A stretch of 48,864 nucleotides of DNA, counting the filler, from Catajapyx aquilonaris (lineage: Eukaryota), in assembly GCA_000934665.2 (NCBI GenBank). It is 2 parts of 2 records of this genome, joined end to end, with 100 filler letters (N's around TTAATTAATTAA, not from the genome) between each part and the next. Parts side by side here need not be neighbours in the genome. Positions count along the whole stretch, not along the records: positions 1 to 24,367 come from JYFJ02005532.1; 1 more part is not named here. One strand, 5' to 3'. The first letter of the stretch is position 1. The number at the start of each line of letters is the position of its first letter. A model generated the notes under the pieces. It was not told the DNA's origin. It did no database searches and saw only the letters and a list, made by a program, of their open reading frames with translations. Below are positions 11,921 through 24,467 of this stretch, in pieces. The position numbers and the translations under genes are program-made.

Positions 11921-12738
11921 TCTCTATGCGGCAGTGGTGGTCATTAAAAGTACAGCTTTGTTGTAAACATTTATTGGCTCGTAGTACTCTCTGATACAAC
12001 TGCTACTTAATCTTTTTGTGCTTGCAGCATAGTTTAAAAAAGTTACAATTCATGTTGGCGCTCTTGCTCCCTTTCTTCCTTAACTCGAGCATGTGCTTGC
12101 TCTGTCATACGTTTATCATGGTTAGAACTTCCTATACAGAATTGAAGTATGTACGTTTTCTTTTCCGGCTTCGAGCCTCCTCCGCTGGAGAGGTTGGGGG
12201 TGTTGCTTGATCCTTCCACTCCTCTGCAAAGCGATCAAATAAGCATTGACTCCAAAGTAGCATGTAAGTACTGAATTGTTCACTAGGCGGCTCCGTCTTC
12301 CTCATCCACGTCGTCTGGCATAGCCTTTTCATTATTGCTGGTGTGATCTGAAATATTCGCATTTAGTTATTACTAGCAGGTTACCCGGCGTGTATGTGGT
12401 GGTAGGCCTGTATCCATGGGCAATGGAAAGGTAACATTAGTATTATTTCTGCTTCAATACGGTACCTTCCTTTTGGTTTTGGTCTATCAAGACTACGATC
12501 CATCTACAAACACTCTGTACACTTCCACCTCAATGTAGCCATGGCTGTTACTGTTGCCAAATGTTGTGGAATTTGCATGTGTTGTAGCATCGTACCCGAG
12601 TTGAAATGTAGAAAACCGGTGCTGTTTTCATTAATGATGTGTTGGTCAATATCAGGACTTGCTTAGTGTGTAAATGTATTTTTGTTTTACTTAAGGTGCA
12701 CTGGTTTGGTCGTCCGACACGTTACCGCATATTGGGTA

Positions 12739-13030
12739 TGAATTTACCACAAGTGCTTCGCCTTGCAGAATTTCCTCGCGACTATCTGTGTTTTTTTTTT
12801 TCATGTTTTTACCTTGGGGGCCCGTTTCACTTTACTGAGAATTCTCCCAAGAATGCAAGGGTGAGTCAAGTGGATAACAAGTGGGTGCCTTCATCTCTGC
12901 GACGGGGTGAATGGCGAAGACAATACTTATGTCCTGCCACCTGACGTACGAAGAAGCTGCAGATTACGGGACAGTTTAAGATAATATCGTTGCTATAACT
13001 CCCTTTGTTGACATAGTCCAGGGCTGCCTA
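12739..13030 (+). repeat. ~290-bp dispersed direct repeat (second copy 23706-24006)
   Basis: GAATTTACC.CAAGTGCTTCGCCTTGCA ... GTCCAGGGCTGCCTA is shared with 23706-24006; a further related piece lies at 14168-14230 (compare 23616-23702). Confidence 0.8.
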
Positions 13031-14647
13031 ATGGCAAAATATTTCAGTTCGAGCAGAGATGCCGCCATTTTCCTTAATATTTTAAAGACTTGGTAACTTT
13101 TGTTGCCAGATCATGAGAATGCAAGGTGATAGAACGTGTCACTTGCTGCTGGCTCGGGCCAATGAATGAGCGGTGTTTGTAAAAATGCGGCTACAAGTTG
13201 TAGTGAAATTTATATGCAGGGGATTTGTCTGCAGAAAATCTGACTCTAAAGGTGATATGATGGAATCCGAGGAAGGAATTAATTATTAGAGACCTTCGCT
13301 AAAACTCGGATGGATTTTCGGCTGGAGGGTTGCTTCTATCCTTTTGTCGGCCAGCAACGCGAGTGACGGTTGTATCAACATTAAAACGCCCTGCTACAAA
13401 CATGTTGAAACGCCCAAGGAGGAAAGGTCATTAAGATGTAGCTGCTTCATCGAAGGATTTTATTATCAAAAATTATAATTTAAAAGCACAAAAATTTACC
13501 TTGGCCATCAGAATCAACGGGAAATAAATCCTCACCAGACGACCTGGCCGTTAAAATCGGTGCTGACGACATCACTAATAACGCTACCCCCTCAATCCGC
13601 GCAGGATGCCGGCTTCGAAGGATAGGAGATTCATAATCCACACAAGCCTCTTCTTCGGACATCACTACACCCTTTTGGCCCCCTCCTCCTTCTACCGACA
13701 CGTGCATCCGTTGCTCAACCGTGTTTACAATATCCGTGCCAACTCCATGAATCGGGAGAGGGCAAAATCTACATCAACCCTCGATGCACAAATAGCAAAC
13801 ATTCGCGGAAAATTATCGCATAATCGGAATTATAAAAACGAACAGTGGATTAGAAAAGGTCCCTCTGAATATCAATAAATGGAAACATTGCAATAGGTTG
13901 CGCACTCACCAGCGCTCACTATTCAACTACAGCAAGGCTGGCTTTCACATACCTGTCTCCTCTGGAAGCAGAAGCAGAAATAGGATTACAGGTTGCAACA
14001 GAAGTTTCTGACCTAGTCAACATTATACGTGGAAATTGTCAGTTTTTTAAAGTCGATTTACTAGCCTACTTCCTTCAATACAAAGGATTGGTGCTTCAGT
14101 ATGCTAGCTTTTTATAATGGTTTGATCAGCCTCTGTCTTGTGTTTGGAACGTACCCAACATTTTATACAGGCTCTTCTTCACTCTCCAGATAGAGCGCGA
14201 GCTCGCGACGAAGCAAGTTTTTTGTAAGGGTGAGTCAACATAATATGTGGAAATTCTCAGTTTTTTAAAGTCGATTTACTAGAGAGCTGTTTGACTCACA
14301 ATAGGATTGGAGTAATTAAGTTTTACTTGGCTATAGGTTCCACCCTCGGAAGTGTGACGACAGGGTAGCGGCTCCATCTCGTGAGGGTTGATTTCGGTCG
14401 CGATGTTGGACTCTGAGAAGACGATGTTGAGATTGGCAGATTCACTTAATATAGCATCCGGTTTTTTCCCCGTTTTATTACTCAGCTAATACAACAAGTG
14501 GATTATGCGATATTTGTCAAGTACATGATCCAATATAGGGCGACCACCTTTGCTTAAGCAGGACCTGGGCCAGGACTCGCGCTGGCAGCGCTCACAACCT
14601 GATTGCGCCCTCCTTACGCACTCACCATAACGTCGATAACGGTTTTC

Positions 14648-15010
14648 TCACATGCCATATCTGAAGCTGTTCAGTGCAGGATTTCTTATTATGCAGTTAA
14701 TCAGCACCTTTCTTACACAGATCTACGATCTTGAATGGGAATGCTGCAACGTGTGTGCATTCACCATTGATGCCTGCAGGACACGGCCCATTTCACTTTG
14801 CTTCCTTCGTTTTTCAAGCACAGGTGCGCAGTGTAGGCACCTTTCTTCATCGAAGGAAGACATGAACCGCGAAAATACACATATCTCCCTTTCTTTGCCT
14901 TCACAGAAAAGATTATATCCTTCAACTTTGTGTCGTTTTGTTGTCTTTTGGTCAGTAACTAAACTGTTAGACACCTCTTCTAAGGGAAAACTGTCTCCCC
15001 ACCCATCTTT
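14648..15010 (-). pseudogene. SWIM zinc-finger gene fragment of the type carried by Kolobok-family transposons
   Basis: Frameshifted minus-strand reading HKVEGYNLFCEG / FRGSCLPSMKKGAYTAHLCL / CPAGINGECTHVAAF / SCTEQLQIWHV. Confidence 0.7.
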
Positions 15011-15204
15011 TGGAGCCACTCGCCCTTGAAATGAGAGCAAAGGACCTGTAAGAAAGTAAAATAAATTTAAAGTGATCGGTTATTATAGGCGCATAAACGC
15101 GTTAAATTATTACCCACCTCTAGGGATTGCCGGAGTTTCAGCCATCACATTAGCACATTCTTTACAGTGCCAGGCTTCGAGTTCCTCTGCTTCCTCTTCT
15201 TCTA

Positions 15205-15300
15205 TTCCCACACAAGCTGTACCATCCACAACTTATGTCGCACATAACCATGGGACGGCATGGATCATTTGGGAGTTTGCAGATGCATTGGAGAGCAAGG
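15205..15300 (-). pseudogene. PHD-finger-like fragment (probably transposon-derived)
   Basis: LQCICKLPNDPCRPMVMCDISCGWYSLCG in ORF 15162-15446(-). Confidence 0.5.
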
Positions 15301-15829
15301 TTGATCGCGGTGGTGGTGGCTGCCATGATAGTGTGACGTTGCTCTGTCTCGATGTCCCTAAACCACCGCCTTTCCTTGACAGAGAGGGGCGCCCACAGGT
15401 TGGCACTTGCCTGACCTAGCCAGAAAGGGTAACCAGGGCAATCCAACTGACTAGACTCGTGTTTACTACTAATTACATTTATTTACCTGTTACAATCTTC
15501 CCCCAAAATCTCCCCGCACACTTATACTCAAGATTCTCTACATCTTTACTGGTGTGTGGGTTGGTCTCTTCTCTGCTTTGCCGTCTCTGGGCTCCCTTCG
15601 TCTTCTCTCTTTCTTTTTCACTCTTCCGGTTTGAGTGTGTGCCTTATCTCATTCATTCCTTAAACAAACTATCGTAATACGGCCTTTAATCTAGCCTTTT
15701 AAATCCTTATCATGCAATGCTCAGTCATACGGTTTTCTTTCACCTTATTTCCATTACTGTTGAACATTCGACAGTTTTACGTCTGTCCTCACAACATTTG
15801 GGTCCATACGTATACATGCACTCATTTCA

Positions 15830-15960
15830 GACGCGAACCACCTGTTTTGTTCCAATATTGAACAAGAGTTTTCCTTTTCCAAAATCTATAACGGCTGCAT
15901 GCTGTTTGCAAAACCTCAGTCCTAGCATCAACGGTACTTTTAGTTGTTTCGCAACTAACC
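15830..15960 (-). pseudogene. Ty3/gypsy aspartic protease C-terminal fragment
   Basis: Minus-strand LVAKQLKVPLMLGLRFCKQHAAVIDFGKGKLLF resembles the retropepsin ILG.DF...A.IDF motif. Confidence 0.55.
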
Positions 15961-16030
15961 TGTCCTCAATCCAGTACTCTCCGGCAAAGAAAAATCGGAT
16001 TTGGACTTTTCCTTCGATTCTATCTCTTCT

Positions 16031-16360
16031 GTAGTGCCCATGGCATCATCTCCGAAAGCCTGCTGAATCTTCCGAATGGTTTCCACTTGGGTATTTCCAG
16101 GGATTAATGCAAAATTTGATGAAACACATCTGCCCAAGTTGTTCCGTCATTTCCGCAGGAAAAATGAAAATCCGACGGTGGCCTAGCACCCTCGGTGGCT
16201 CAAAGGCCGACTGCCCGCGACCGACTCTCTCTGGGGGCGGGAAAAAATTCACGAACACTCATGAAGGTACTCCACACCAACCCACCAGAGGACACCTCCC
16301 GTGCTTCACTTGCTTCCGCGACAAAAATAAAGGCCTGATACTTTTTGGACAGCCCTCGTG
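16031..16360 (-). mobile_element. 5' fragment of a mariner element (TIR plus N-terminal HTH)
   Basis: TIR ACGAGGGCTGTCCAAAAAGTATCAGGCC next to TA; frameshifted MTEQLGQMCFIKFCINP/GNTQVETIRKIQQAFGDDAMG. Confidence 0.8.
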
Positions 16361-16519
16361 TAAGTAAATGAAGGAGGGTCAATATTTTTCCAACTATCAT
16401 ATTGTGCTATGCCACGCTGCAGGTGGCCTTCATGTGGGCTCCAAACCATCTGACTCACCAACCTCACCCCACCACCATCATTCTTGGCTCTCACGACAGC
16501 TGCACGAGTGGGAATGGGA

Positions 16520-16600
16520 GGATTTCCCTAGTGAGAGGGAGATTTTCATCTTTACGGATGGGTCCGTTGTGGATGGTGGGGCTGGTGGTGCCTGGGGGGA
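16520..16600 (+). pseudogene. Non-LTR retrotransposon RNase H fragment
   Basis: IFIFTDGSVVDGGAGGA matches the first RNase H motif. Confidence 0.55.
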
Positions 16601-16799
16601 AACACTTGATGGTTTACAGAAATCCATGTCGTGGTTATCAGGTAGGAGTGTAGGACATAAACGTAACAAAACAGAAACAATAGCTATTAGGTGCAGCATA
16701 GGCAAGCTCATTCGGAATCAGAAGTATCAAACTGGTTTTCAAATTCCTGTTGTTGGGGGCACAGGTTCTTTAAATAAATCCAATACCTCCGGCCAAATG

Positions 16800-17690
16800 T
16801 CTCAATGTTTGGTTTTTGGTGAAGCGCGAAGACTCGCGATGAGTGGGTCTGATGTTATGAGGAACACCGTGTTTGTGTGTGTGTATCCTAGAAGGTTTTC
16901 TGGCAAACAGCCCCCGAAATTTTCTGCCATGTTGCGTGCCTCTTGGGCCTCTTCCGAAAACTGTCCTATCGGCAAAATGCTAGCTGCCATCTTCCCATGG
17001 AAGAGGACTTTATGCACACTGACGGGCATAGTACCATGAATATTTCCCCAGGTGCTTGGTGTACTCACCGAACTTCTGAACATCTATTGGGTAGCCACAA
17101 TAAAGACATTCCAAAATGACATGAAAGCGTTGGATCAACTCCAAGCTGAGGCCAGTTATTTCAGCAGACTTATCTGCATTTCTGAAAAATCTTCTGGCGG
17201 TTTTACCGTCATTAGTGTTGCCTGTCTGCTGTTTTGGCATATCCACCAATAAACCTACAGTCCGCTCAAGAAGTGCGGTCACAAAAGGCGTGGCCAGGTT
17301 TCCCCCACCACGTCTCCCCCTTCTCTTTTCTCTTTGTGTTCACTTTTCTCTCCACCAATGGGTAAGAACTAGCCTGTCCTGGGACATTGTTTCCCCCACC
17401 AAACGCCCAAAATCCTGTGTATAAAAAATGTGGGCACACTCTTCTGTCCAGGCCTTCTTTTGTGACCGGACTTCTTGAGTCGACTGTACCTCATTTCGAA
17501 ATCTCATTTGCACAAGTTTTTTTTCTTCCTCTGCCACTTCGTTTTTGTTTTCTGTACAGCGAGCCTGCCATGACTGAATCTCAAGTCTGTAGGAAATGTG
17601 CAGTACACATTCAAAGAACCGTATCAAGGAGTGAAGTGGTGACAGTCCAAATGATAAATATGTTCCATCTACGACCTTCCGGGTGAGAAC
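16800..17690 (-). pseudogene. Transib (RAG1-core-related) transposase C-terminal fragment, split by an unrelated ~200-bp insert (~17290-17485)
   Basis: FGLSPLHSLIRFFECVLHISYRL; GLLVDMPKQQTGNTNDGKTARRFF; MPVSVHKVLFHG...LPIGQFSEEAQEARN; LITSDPLIASLR. Confidence 0.85.
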
Positions 17691-18019
17691 ACCAAAGGAT
17701 GCTCTTAGTCCGAAAAACAACCGTCATCCTCTCCTGACAGAGTGGGGTCAAGAGCTCTTTCTGTTTCAGCATCAGGATCTACGGGGTCGTCATGGTTGGC
17801 AAACATGTCGCCCACACAGCCCCGGAACATGCTGCATAGTTCGTCGACTTTGCCTCATTGCACTTGACACAACCCTCAGTTACTTTCCAGGCTTGAGGGA
17901 AAAAAAATGTTTTTGAAACTCGGGCGCGCAAATTTAGGACAACAGCTTATATACTTCATCTCCAGAAGTCGCATATTACCGTACAGGGCCGTCAGGGTGT
18001 GCTGAGTAGGGACACACTC

Positions 18020-18533
18020 GATCCTTACGTGTACACAACCTCTCTGTCCGGTCCATTCAAGCTGAAGGGTGCCTCGTCGGAGAAGAGCACTTGTTTCCAC
18101 TGTTCCTCAGTCCAGTTGCGGTGCATTTGGCCCACCTCAGGCGACTTCGGCGCATTGCCGCAGTCAGCAACGGCTTCTTTGGCCGGTGTGCTGGAAGCCC
18201 CATGTTGATTGGGCGCTGTCTCACGGTGCTGGTGCCCAGTTTGATGCTGGTTTGGTTGAAAAAGTCTGAAGTGATGTCCCGGGAAGATTTCCTCCTATTT
18301 CCCAAACAGATTCTCTTCAAAATCCTGTCTTCTTTAGATGTTTCCTTCTTTTTCCTTCCACGACCAGGCACCCTCTCCACTGAACCACTTTCTTGGAACC
18401 GTTGCAGCAACCGGCACACAGAACTTTGGTTGCACTCCACCCTAGAAGCAATCTTTTTCCCACTGAAACCTTCTTTGTGCAAGGCAATAATTATTCCCTT
18501 CTTTCTGGGCGAAAATTCCTCCGTTTTCCCCAT
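18020..18533 (-). pseudogene. Tc1-like transposase, N-terminal part
   Basis: MGKTEEFSPRKKGIIIALHKEG...GRGRKKKETSKEDRILKR...KKPLLTAAMRRSRLRWAK, then frameshifted WKQVLFSDEAPF. Confidence 0.85.
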
Positions 18534-20299
18534 GTTGCTGATGGTAGTGGCTGGGGCAACAGGTGCACACCGGCAGACAATGCTATGACTATGACCCACT
18601 ACCACTTTAAAAATTTACCGCGACCGATACCTGCTTAAAATGATCCTCATAATCCAAGGAATAGATGCTATCACTCACTCCGAGTTGGAAATAAGTGGGA
18701 AATTCAACTCCAATTTCATTAGCTCTCACTCTCTAGTTGTCGGAAGGTTTCTAGCTTCCCCAGCTCTATGTTAATCTCTGCATTGCTCCATTGAGGGTTG
18801 GCTGCCACAATCTTTGACCTTGCATCACAGTGTACCTCACAGCGCGCTCAACTTGACTACAAATGTACACCACATCTGCAGGTGGCACAATCACATCACC
18901 TCTATTTTTTTACATAATTATATCAGGCAAGAATGGTAGCAAGTTCCACGAAACAGCTACCCTGCAGTCAGGGCATGTAAGTTTTGGTTCTGAACTAGAA
19001 TCATTTTGGTTGCATGGACCATCTCACCATTGTTATTGCGAGAATCTTTGTTCACTGGATCTCGCTTTCTAGTAGAATTTCTTGCTTGCTCAGTGTGCTC
19101 GAGAGGGGCATCTTCTGGTGACAGAGTCGGGTCGATGACCTCAGGGGATTAATGGAAGTTGCCTTTCTCTGCGTTGTCCATTACAAATTGTTCGGCATGC
19201 TCGTTCTTAACCCTAAACTTGCTACCTGCTATTAGGCATGGTCACTGCCTGACCCCTGGTGGAAAATATGCATTTGGGAGGGCCATTTGTGTACACTGCC
19301 TGACACATTAGCAGTCCCTAAATGTTAACCTGAAGTAGAGATATACGAGTAAATGCTATGGCGTAGGTGCAGATACAACCTTGTAACTCTCACATTGTTA
19401 GAATGGGAAAGAATTAGTCGTATGTGAGACATTTAGTTTATTACACTATAATAATGCTCTGAATAACATGACATACCTCACGTACTACACACAACTATCC
19501 TTTGTGATTGCAGTACTAAAAATAATCTTGCATAATAGTGATATTTCATCGACATTATTTATTTAATGGTAGGTTCAGTCGACTTTAAAGTTATTCTGTG
19601 GAGCAGGTGGAGAAAAGAGTAAAATGTCACACAAGTTAAGAGGTTAACAAGTTCTGGTTTATTTATGTTTTCCGAATGAACCAAATAACCACATACACTT
19701 TAAGCCCTTTGGCCAAACTTTCTCAGGACCGTGTCAAAATATGAAATCGTTCTTGAGCTGGTACTTACAGTATTGATAGCCTGGAGAGAGAGAATGCCAC
19801 CGTCTTGTTGAGTGTTGCTTGGGGAGTGCCCTAGTGGATCTCTGCCGCCTAAGGTTCCCAATACCGTCTCTTTTATACTTAATGTCCACGTGTTAACTAC
19901 GTTGTGACGGTTTCCAATGACGCACACAGATGCCTATGGACGTACATTGGAACACCTGACACCACCGATATCCACTCGATTGGATTCGGTTACTTTTAAT
20001 GTGCTAAAATGCGTCAAGAGTTGTTCTACATCAGATGACGCATTTCGCATTTTACCACGATACGGTTTGAATTGAAGGGCAAGGTCATATACCGTATGAC
20101 GTCCAAGAGCGTGATTAAAAGTTACGTAACATGTTGCAAAATGAACTACGCAATGCTCTGAAAATTGTCGCTACTCTCACTCAAACTCAGCAACACTGCT
20201 GAAATATTTTACTAAGGATCGTGCTTACTCAGCAATGGTGACAGATAATACAAAATCAGAATATGCTTCATGACAATCATGATTATTATTAAATGACGC

Positions 20300-20680
20300 A
20301 AGTGATTGATTCAATATTATGTTGTCCCGATGCGCCCTGTAGACACTTCATGAGGGCTCCTGACATGACTGAGTTACGATTTTGGGGGAACACAGCTGTC
20401 TGACCAATGCACATACAGCTTCTCGTCAGGATGGTCTGCAGCAGTTTTTTCAAGAAGTTCTGAACTGGCCATAGCATTTCTACCTGAAACAGTAGACAGC
20501 GCAATATACTTTCTTAGTGGTAGAAACATGAGCGGTCATGTTATATACTGTACAAGAAGTTTGCGTTTGTCTTCACGTCGCATTGAGGTAATGTGATTAC
20601 ACTTTCCAAGTCAAAACATATTGTGAAGCCCTTTTTATTGGCTCGGTCAGCCTTGCGTTCACTTGCGACACTCCTTGTTC
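20300..20680 (-). pseudogene. Sola-like DDE transposase fragment
   Basis: Frameshifted ERKADRANKKGFTICFDLESVITLP ... YNMTAHV ... HWSDSCVP/QNRNSVM motifs; superfamily assignment tentative. Confidence 0.6.
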
Positions 20681-21659
20681 TCTCTCTGCAGATCGTACCT
20701 TTGCTGCAGGTTCTTCCCTACAGTTCCTTCTGTCTTGGCTGAGGAGGTAATAATGGAACTGCCATATTACTCAAATTATACTGTATTCACCAATTGCTCA
20801 ATGTACAGTTTGTCATTACACTCTAAAAATATACATGGTTCTTTCACATTGTGTAAATGCACAACTTCCAAATCTCGGAAACCACCTTTAACGAATGTTT
20901 CGGAACATTATTGGAAACATTTACATCTGTAATCATGGGTTCAACAATATAAATATGTTAACAAGAGGAAAGAATTTTACATGTCCTTAACATCTTCCAG
21001 AAGTGCAGTTCGCATCACAAGTGAACTTAACCTTGACATAGCAATACGATTGACCAAAACAAATGGAATTACACAAACTACTGCAATACCTAATGCAAGA
21101 TGAATTTTTCTTTAACAATATATTGGTTATACATTTTGCATGCGTACAATGCACCCTTAATTATAAGTCGTTTGAATAATTGGTGTGCCTGTGAAACTAT
21201 TATTTACACTGTCCCAGATGCCTTTGGACTTAGACATTGTCATCTTGCCGCTGTCGTGGCGATGCTATCGCCATCTATTTCTTATATTTAAACCTGTTGG
21301 AGACTGTTTTGCCCCTGCTTGGACCCACGCCCTGCCTCACCGGTCACTCCTGCTGCTTCTGCGACCTCAATGGTGCTGCATTCCATGATGGATATAGCAA
21401 AGGACAACAATATGTTACAAGGCCTTTGTAAATGGGAGGCCATCTAGTTCTTCTTCAGGCCTCCTATCGGTCCCATGGCAAAGTATCTTCCTGCCACCAT
21501 GGAGGTCGGAATTTTGGCTTCCCGTAACGTTGCACAGCCACTCAACAAGGGTCCCACGGTAACAATGAATAGCCACAGTAAAAGCGGTACCGGTACCTTG
21601 AAATCTTCTTAAAATGTTGAAGGATGCCTGGATGGAGTTGGCGGGAGGAGGAATGTGCC

Positions 21660-21785
21660 GCTCCTTCCCCATGCGCTCATCGATGAAGTCAAAGAATTTC
21701 CATGTGATTGACCCTTCCCCACTCCTGTTGGATTTGTCTGTTGTTTTTTTTTTGTACACTAACATGAGATTGGGCCACTTTTTGT
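21660..21785 (-). pseudogene. Myb/SANT-like (trihelix) fragment, Harbinger accessory-ORF type
   Basis: KWPNLMLVYKKKTTDKSNRSGEGSITWKFFDFIDERMG. Confidence 0.65.
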
Positions 21786-21854
21786 CACGAGACTGGCTTT
21801 TTTCCTATGCTGCTTTTGCACTGCTTTTTTGCCAAGCATGCCGCGATTCCACGT

Positions 21855-22115
21855 CTCACTGACGAAATGCATTCGCATTATTGCATAGTAACTAATGATA
21901 GCTTTGGTCAGACTGGTGGAGTGGCTTGCACATCCCACATGTGGAACTGCCATGGTAGTAAGCCTGTGAGCCACCTGGAATTGGAGATTTTCATCCCGGA
22001 TGTGATCATGAATGACTTGGGTTATGGTTTCTTCCAGCACCTTCAGCGTGTTTAACATGGCCTCGGATGGGTAGGTCAGATATCCTCATGATTTGAGCGT
22101 TATCATCAGGTCAGA
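21855..22115 (-). pseudogene. P-element/THAP9-like transposase C-terminal fragment
   Basis: LITLKS*GYLTYPSEAMLNTLKVLE ... VGCASHSTSLTKAIISYYAIMRMHF. Confidence 0.65.
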
Positions 22116-22859
22116 TTCACCAGCTTCAGAAGCTGGCTTGATGATGCTAGTTGTGCAATCAGCACACTCATTCTCCACTAATTTGTTGCAGTGAAGCCCG
22201 ACGTATGTCAGGGCAAACTCTCCTATGGTTTGGTCAATATAATCGTGGTCGTGAGCTACTACTAGCAGCCCTGGAATTTTGTCAAAGTGTTCACCTGCAG
22301 GACAAATATGTATTAATAGGAGCTGTACTTGTCATGTTCCTGCATGGCTGCATCATCATTTTGCGTACCTCTCTGGACAATGTCATCAAGTAGCTCTGAA
22401 AATGCTTCTCTTCTCTCCTGTTTTGATGTGATTTTTAAATTCTCTACTTTCATGAGATTTTTTAGTAACTCGCCACCAGAAATATTGCGCTCCCCTTAGG
22501 TGGTCTAACCAGGAATATATGGATAGTATAAATGGAGTAGCTGGGCAAATGTGGTTGACTCTGGGGGAGTGTTTTACCCACCAGCTCCTCGTATCATCCC
22601 AAAGAATGTCTGTAATAGTGAAATGAACATTATGAGTTTATGACATAGACCTTAGAATGGCACGAATAAATGGTTATAATTGATATAATTACTTCACCCC
22701 ACCAGCCTCAATGCAGTCTTGATTGAGTCTGTCAGTCATTAAATACTTCCGTATCAACTTTGAGCAAATATACTCCGCAAAAGCAACAGATTTCCCAACT
22801 GCTGTGTTCCCCGCCCTGTCCTGGGACTATGTCCGACCACTGCGAGAGTGACTTGAGTG

Positions 22860-23260
22860 TCCTGCGTAGCTTGAATCTGCTCTCGCGACATCTCCCCCGC
22901 CCGGCAGATGCCCAGGGCCTCTTGCAGGCCAGGCTTCCTTAGCATGGCCTCACGGTCTTTTTCGTGTTTGACCATCATGATCATTCGGTCCACTATTAGG
23001 CCCTCTGCCCTATCGCCGTAATCGCATGTCTGTGCTTTCGTCCGTAACAAACGAATCTATGCCCTGTCCAGGCTTCTGCACACACGAGTTAAACTTATGT
23101 CTCTCGTAAGTCACGTTACGCAGCGGTGTGAAATAGGCAGTGAAGGACTGCGTGTAATGAGCCCAAGTCTTTTCTGCCTCATGACCTGGATGGTCCATCG
23201 TATTGTACAGATCTCAAATCCCACGGGACCCAGGCATGTCAACAAGTGTGTGAATGACCG
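22860..23260 (-). pseudogene. Ty3/gypsy gag fragment
   Basis: LLTCLGPVG; FTAYFTPLRNVTYERHKFNSCVQKPGQGIDSFVT / LRTKAQTCDYGDRAEGLIVDRMI...LRKPGLQEALGICRAGE. Confidence 0.8.
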
Positions 23261-23504
23261 TATCCCATGTCACCATGATAAGCTGATCATCCGCGTAGGC
23301 CTGAAGGCGCACCCCAGGGGCCCTCCCCCCGTCCCGCAGAGTGCACCCCTACAGTATGTCTCTAATAAACAGTTTGGCTCTCCTGTGTTGTCTTCTCTTT
23401 TTGGTCTAGGTCGGTTCAGTTGGGGACGACCTTGCTCCCATAGTACTTGTTTAATGTTCCTGTTGCAATAATCCGGTGATGCGACATCCAACGAGTTACC
23501 CATC

Positions 23505-23605
23505 AGTCTCACAAGAAGGCCCTGCTGTCACACCCATCTTCTTCATGATAGCCCTGTATGTGTTGCCCCCTTCATTGAAGACACTGATAGCAATGTAGGC
23601 AGCAG
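23505..23605 (-). pseudogene. Kolobok-type DDE transposase C-terminal fragment
   Basis: AAYIAISVFNEGGNTYRAIMKKMGVTAGPSC. Confidence 0.55.
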
Positions 23606-24367
23606 TGTTTTTATGCAGGCTCTTCGTCACTCTCCAGATAGAGCTCGAGCAAGGAGGAGGTGAAGGCGCGAGCTCTCGACAAAGCAAGTTTTTTTGCAAG
23701 GGGTCTGAATTTACCGCAAGTGCTTCGCCTTGCAAAATTTCCTCCAAAACCCATTTCCTCGCGACTATCTGGTTTTTTCCTGTTTTTACCTTCGGGGCCC
23801 TTTTCACTTGACTGAGAATTCTCCAAGAATGCAAGGGTGAGCCAAGTGGAGAACAAGTGGTGCCCTCATCTATGCGACGGGGTGAAAGGCGAAGACATAC
23901 TTATGTCCTTCCATCTGACGGACGAAGAAGCTGCAGATTACGGGACAGTTTAAGATAACTTTGTTGCTATTGCGCCCTTTGTTGACATATCGTCCAGGGC
24001 TGCCTAGTGATAGCTAAGGGGGACCCAAGTAAGGCATATAGTACCGCAGCAGTACCGCTGAGTTGCAGAAGTATTTGTTTTCAGGAAAAATTCATTTTTC
24101 TTGGTATTTTCTATTGCTCTTTCAGCTCTTGATGCTATGAGTGAAATGGTGATAAAATGGCGACCTCTCCCGTATAAGAGGGTGCTTCTGGGTGGTTCTA
24201 TTTCAAATCAGGCGGAGGCTGTCAGGGCTTGGTCTCCGATTATTACGGAAAAATTACACGAAGTACCGCCGTCGAAATGATGACGAATGACACTGGCTAT
24301 TTTTCAGTGTCATTTTTTATTTGCCCTGAAAAAAATCATAACCGCAGGGGTACCAAATCTGCTATTT

Positions 24368-24467
24368 NNNNNNNNNNNNNNNNNNNNNNNNNNNNNNNNN
24401 NNNNNNNNNNNTTAATTAATTAANNNNNNNNNNNNNNNNNNNNNNNNNNNNNNNNNNNNNNNNNNNN
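24368..24467. other. Assembly spacer (44 N + TTAATTAATTAA + 44 N)
   Basis: Directly visible; the 12-mer places stop codons in all six frames. Confidence 0.95.

Noticed and set aside
16368..17039. 223-aa ORF as a gene
   Set aside because: Chance fusion of an RNase H fragment with antisense Transib sequence.
19755..19885. Minus-strand TATAAAAG followed by a GTAAGT donor (possible promoter and first exon)
   Set aside because: No downstream coding exon or LTR boundaries identified.
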